DNA of 64,000 nt from Octopus bimaculoides (taxonomy: Eukaryota): contig NC_068991.1 of NCBI RefSeq assembly GCF_001194135.2, forward strand, positions 43,755,639 through 43,819,638. The letters run 5' to 3'. Position 1 is the first letter of the stretch. Each line of letters opens with the position of its first letter. The notes below the pieces were generated by a model, which saw only the letters and a program-made list of their open reading frames with translations, searched no databases and had not been told where the DNA came from. The position numbers and the translations under genes were made by a program. Shown piece by piece: positions 63,200 to 64,000 of this stretch.

Positions 63200-63620
63200 A
63201 TATCTGGTTTCACCAGTCCTCAGTCAAATCGTCCAACCCATGCTAGCATGGAAAGCAGACGTTAAACAACGACGACGACGATATATATGTATCATATATT
63301 ATATATAAATATTATGGCTGATAAGAAGTTTGCTTTACAGCCACATGGTCCCAGGCTCAGTCCTGTTGCATGGCACTTTGAGCAATTGTCTTGTTAGTGG
63401 ATTTGGTAGATGGAAACTGAAAGCCTGTCCATCTATATGTGTCTCACCATTGGTTGACAACTGGTGTTGGTTTGTTTACATCTCTGTAACTTAGCAGTTT
63501 GGCAAATGTGACTGATAAAATAAGTGCCAGGCATAAAATAAAGAAGTACTGGGGTCAATTTGTTAGGCTAATCCCTTTGAGGCAGTGCCCCAGCATGGCT
63601 GCAGTCCAATGAATTAATTT
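63200..63620 (+). mobile_element. Short young RTE tail (63200-63285) followed by SINE family A (63310-63620)
   Basis: Matches to the other copies. Confidence 0.75.
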
Positions 63621-63654
63621 AAAAGGTAGAAAATATATACATATTCTATATAAT

Positions 63655-64000
63655 TGTATCATCATCATCATCATCATCATCATCCTTTAACGTCCGCTTT
63701 CCATGCTAGCATGGGTTGGACGATTTGACTGAGGACTGGTGCAACCGGATGGCTACACCAGGCTCCAATCTAATTTGGCAGAGTTTCTACAGCTGGATGC
63801 CCTTCCTAACGCCAACCACTCAGAGAGTGTAGTGGGTGCTTTTACGTGTCACCCGCATGAAAACGGCCACGCTCGAAATGGTGTCTTTTATGTGCCACCC
63901 ACACAAGAGCCAGTCCAGGGGCACTGGCAACGATCTCGCTCAGGTTGGTACATCTTATGTGCCACCCGCACAAGAGCCAGTCCAGGGGTCCTGGCAACGA
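63655..64000 (-). mobile_element. Young RTE R1 3' tail with tandem repeats, runs off the window
   Basis: Near-identical to 60412-60663. Confidence 0.88.

Overview
Repeat-rich, AT-rich animal genomic DNA with scaffold gaps. It is inferred to be a coleoid cephalopod, probably Octopus, from the repeat and microsatellite landscape; this was not verified by search. Two host genes can be reconstructed by eye with intact GT-AG phases. MRPL14 lies on + (coding exons 41399-41475 and 45179-45551, about 149 aa). The last five coding exons of RAB3GAP2 lie on - (56915 to stop at 49360), converging on MRPL14. An unidentified ~233-codon coding exon lies on - at 21533-22232. The rest is mostly transposon debris: RTE LINEs and their 3' tails, R4/Dong, CRE and CR1-like fragments, several tRNA-derived SINE families, a Helitron, a Tc1/mariner and hAT pieces. 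The most interesting signal is a set of hammerhead-ribozyme-like motifs. One sits in a tRNA-headed element inserted as a head-to-head inverted dimer with a 13-bp target-site duplication (24941-27382), whose second arm was later invaded by a Dong/R4 element. A second has a non-canonical core (7735-7771). Two more are divergent copies 576 nt apart (62259-62895) and could delimit a retrozyme-like RNA. All structures were folded by eye and no searches were run. Repeat boundaries are approximate unless termini are quoted.
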